Shown here: piece after piece, positions 63,613 through 64,000 of the stretch
How positions within the stretch are numbered: the first letter of the stretch is position 1
Layout of the letters: each line of letters opens with the position of its first letter
Assembly: GCF_036588685.1 (NCBI RefSeq)
Contig: NC_086385.1
Location: 32,821,216-32,885,215 of the forward strand
Origin: Mytilus trossulus
Lineage: Eukaryota
Length of the DNA: 64,000 nt
Direction of reading: 5' to 3'
Notes under the pieces: model-generated
Database searches by the model: none
What the model saw: only the letters and a program-made list of their open reading frames with translations
What the model was told of the DNA's origin: nothing
Translations under genes and position numbers: made by a program

Positions 63613-64000
63613 CAACATTTAATAACGATAATAAGAATAAGAACATTACAAACTCTCTCAACGAAAATACATCTTGCTATTCTATACTGAATCATCATAC
63701 TATAATGCAATTAATATACTATGCAGAACGTGTTGTACTGTGAAGTTACTGTGGCCACCTAGATTCATACTATACAAGTATCGGACAAATATATGACTTT
63801 AGAACCTCACCGTAATATTTACCGCCTTAGAAATGCCCGTGCAGTACTAACCAAAGATTTATAATCATATTACTATCAGACTATTTCTAAAACCTTATTC
63901 CACAGTTACTAAAGAGAGAAATATATTAGAGAAAATACAAATATAACGGAATAGAAATGTACTAACATGTATATGTCTATATCTCATCATAAATATGATC

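Overview
AT-rich (roughly 30-33% GC by eye), repeat-dense eukaryotic DNA. The interspersed repeats look like those of the mussel Mytilus (recognised from memory, not searched). Almost all ORFs in the supplied track are spurious. The main content is a minus-strand cluster of three spliced, diverged paralogs that resemble long-chain four-helix-bundle (class I helical) cytokines of the Unpaired/IL-6/LIF/CNTF type. Paralog A (10641-6446, 4 exons, 222 aa) and paralog B (32480-27213, 4 exons, 211 aa; exon 1 less certain) share a signal peptide, a W-x-x-P-C-G motif, a helix-C VLC motif, a helix-D DYII motif and intron phases 1,0,0. Paralog C (60280-58500) is divergent, with a long acidic insert and an in-frame TGA upstream of a strong-context ATG. 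The 3'UTRs of A and B keep an identical 5-bp hairpin with a UAU triloop, resembling a Roquin/Regnase decay element. The rest comprises duplicated terminal-exon relics, a degenerate triplicated non-coding module, a 2.6-kb tandem duplication, an Academ-like DNA transposon with a 9-bp TSD, LINE and Penelope-like fragments, many MITEs and foldback elements, several satellites and a mutated hammerhead ribozyme.
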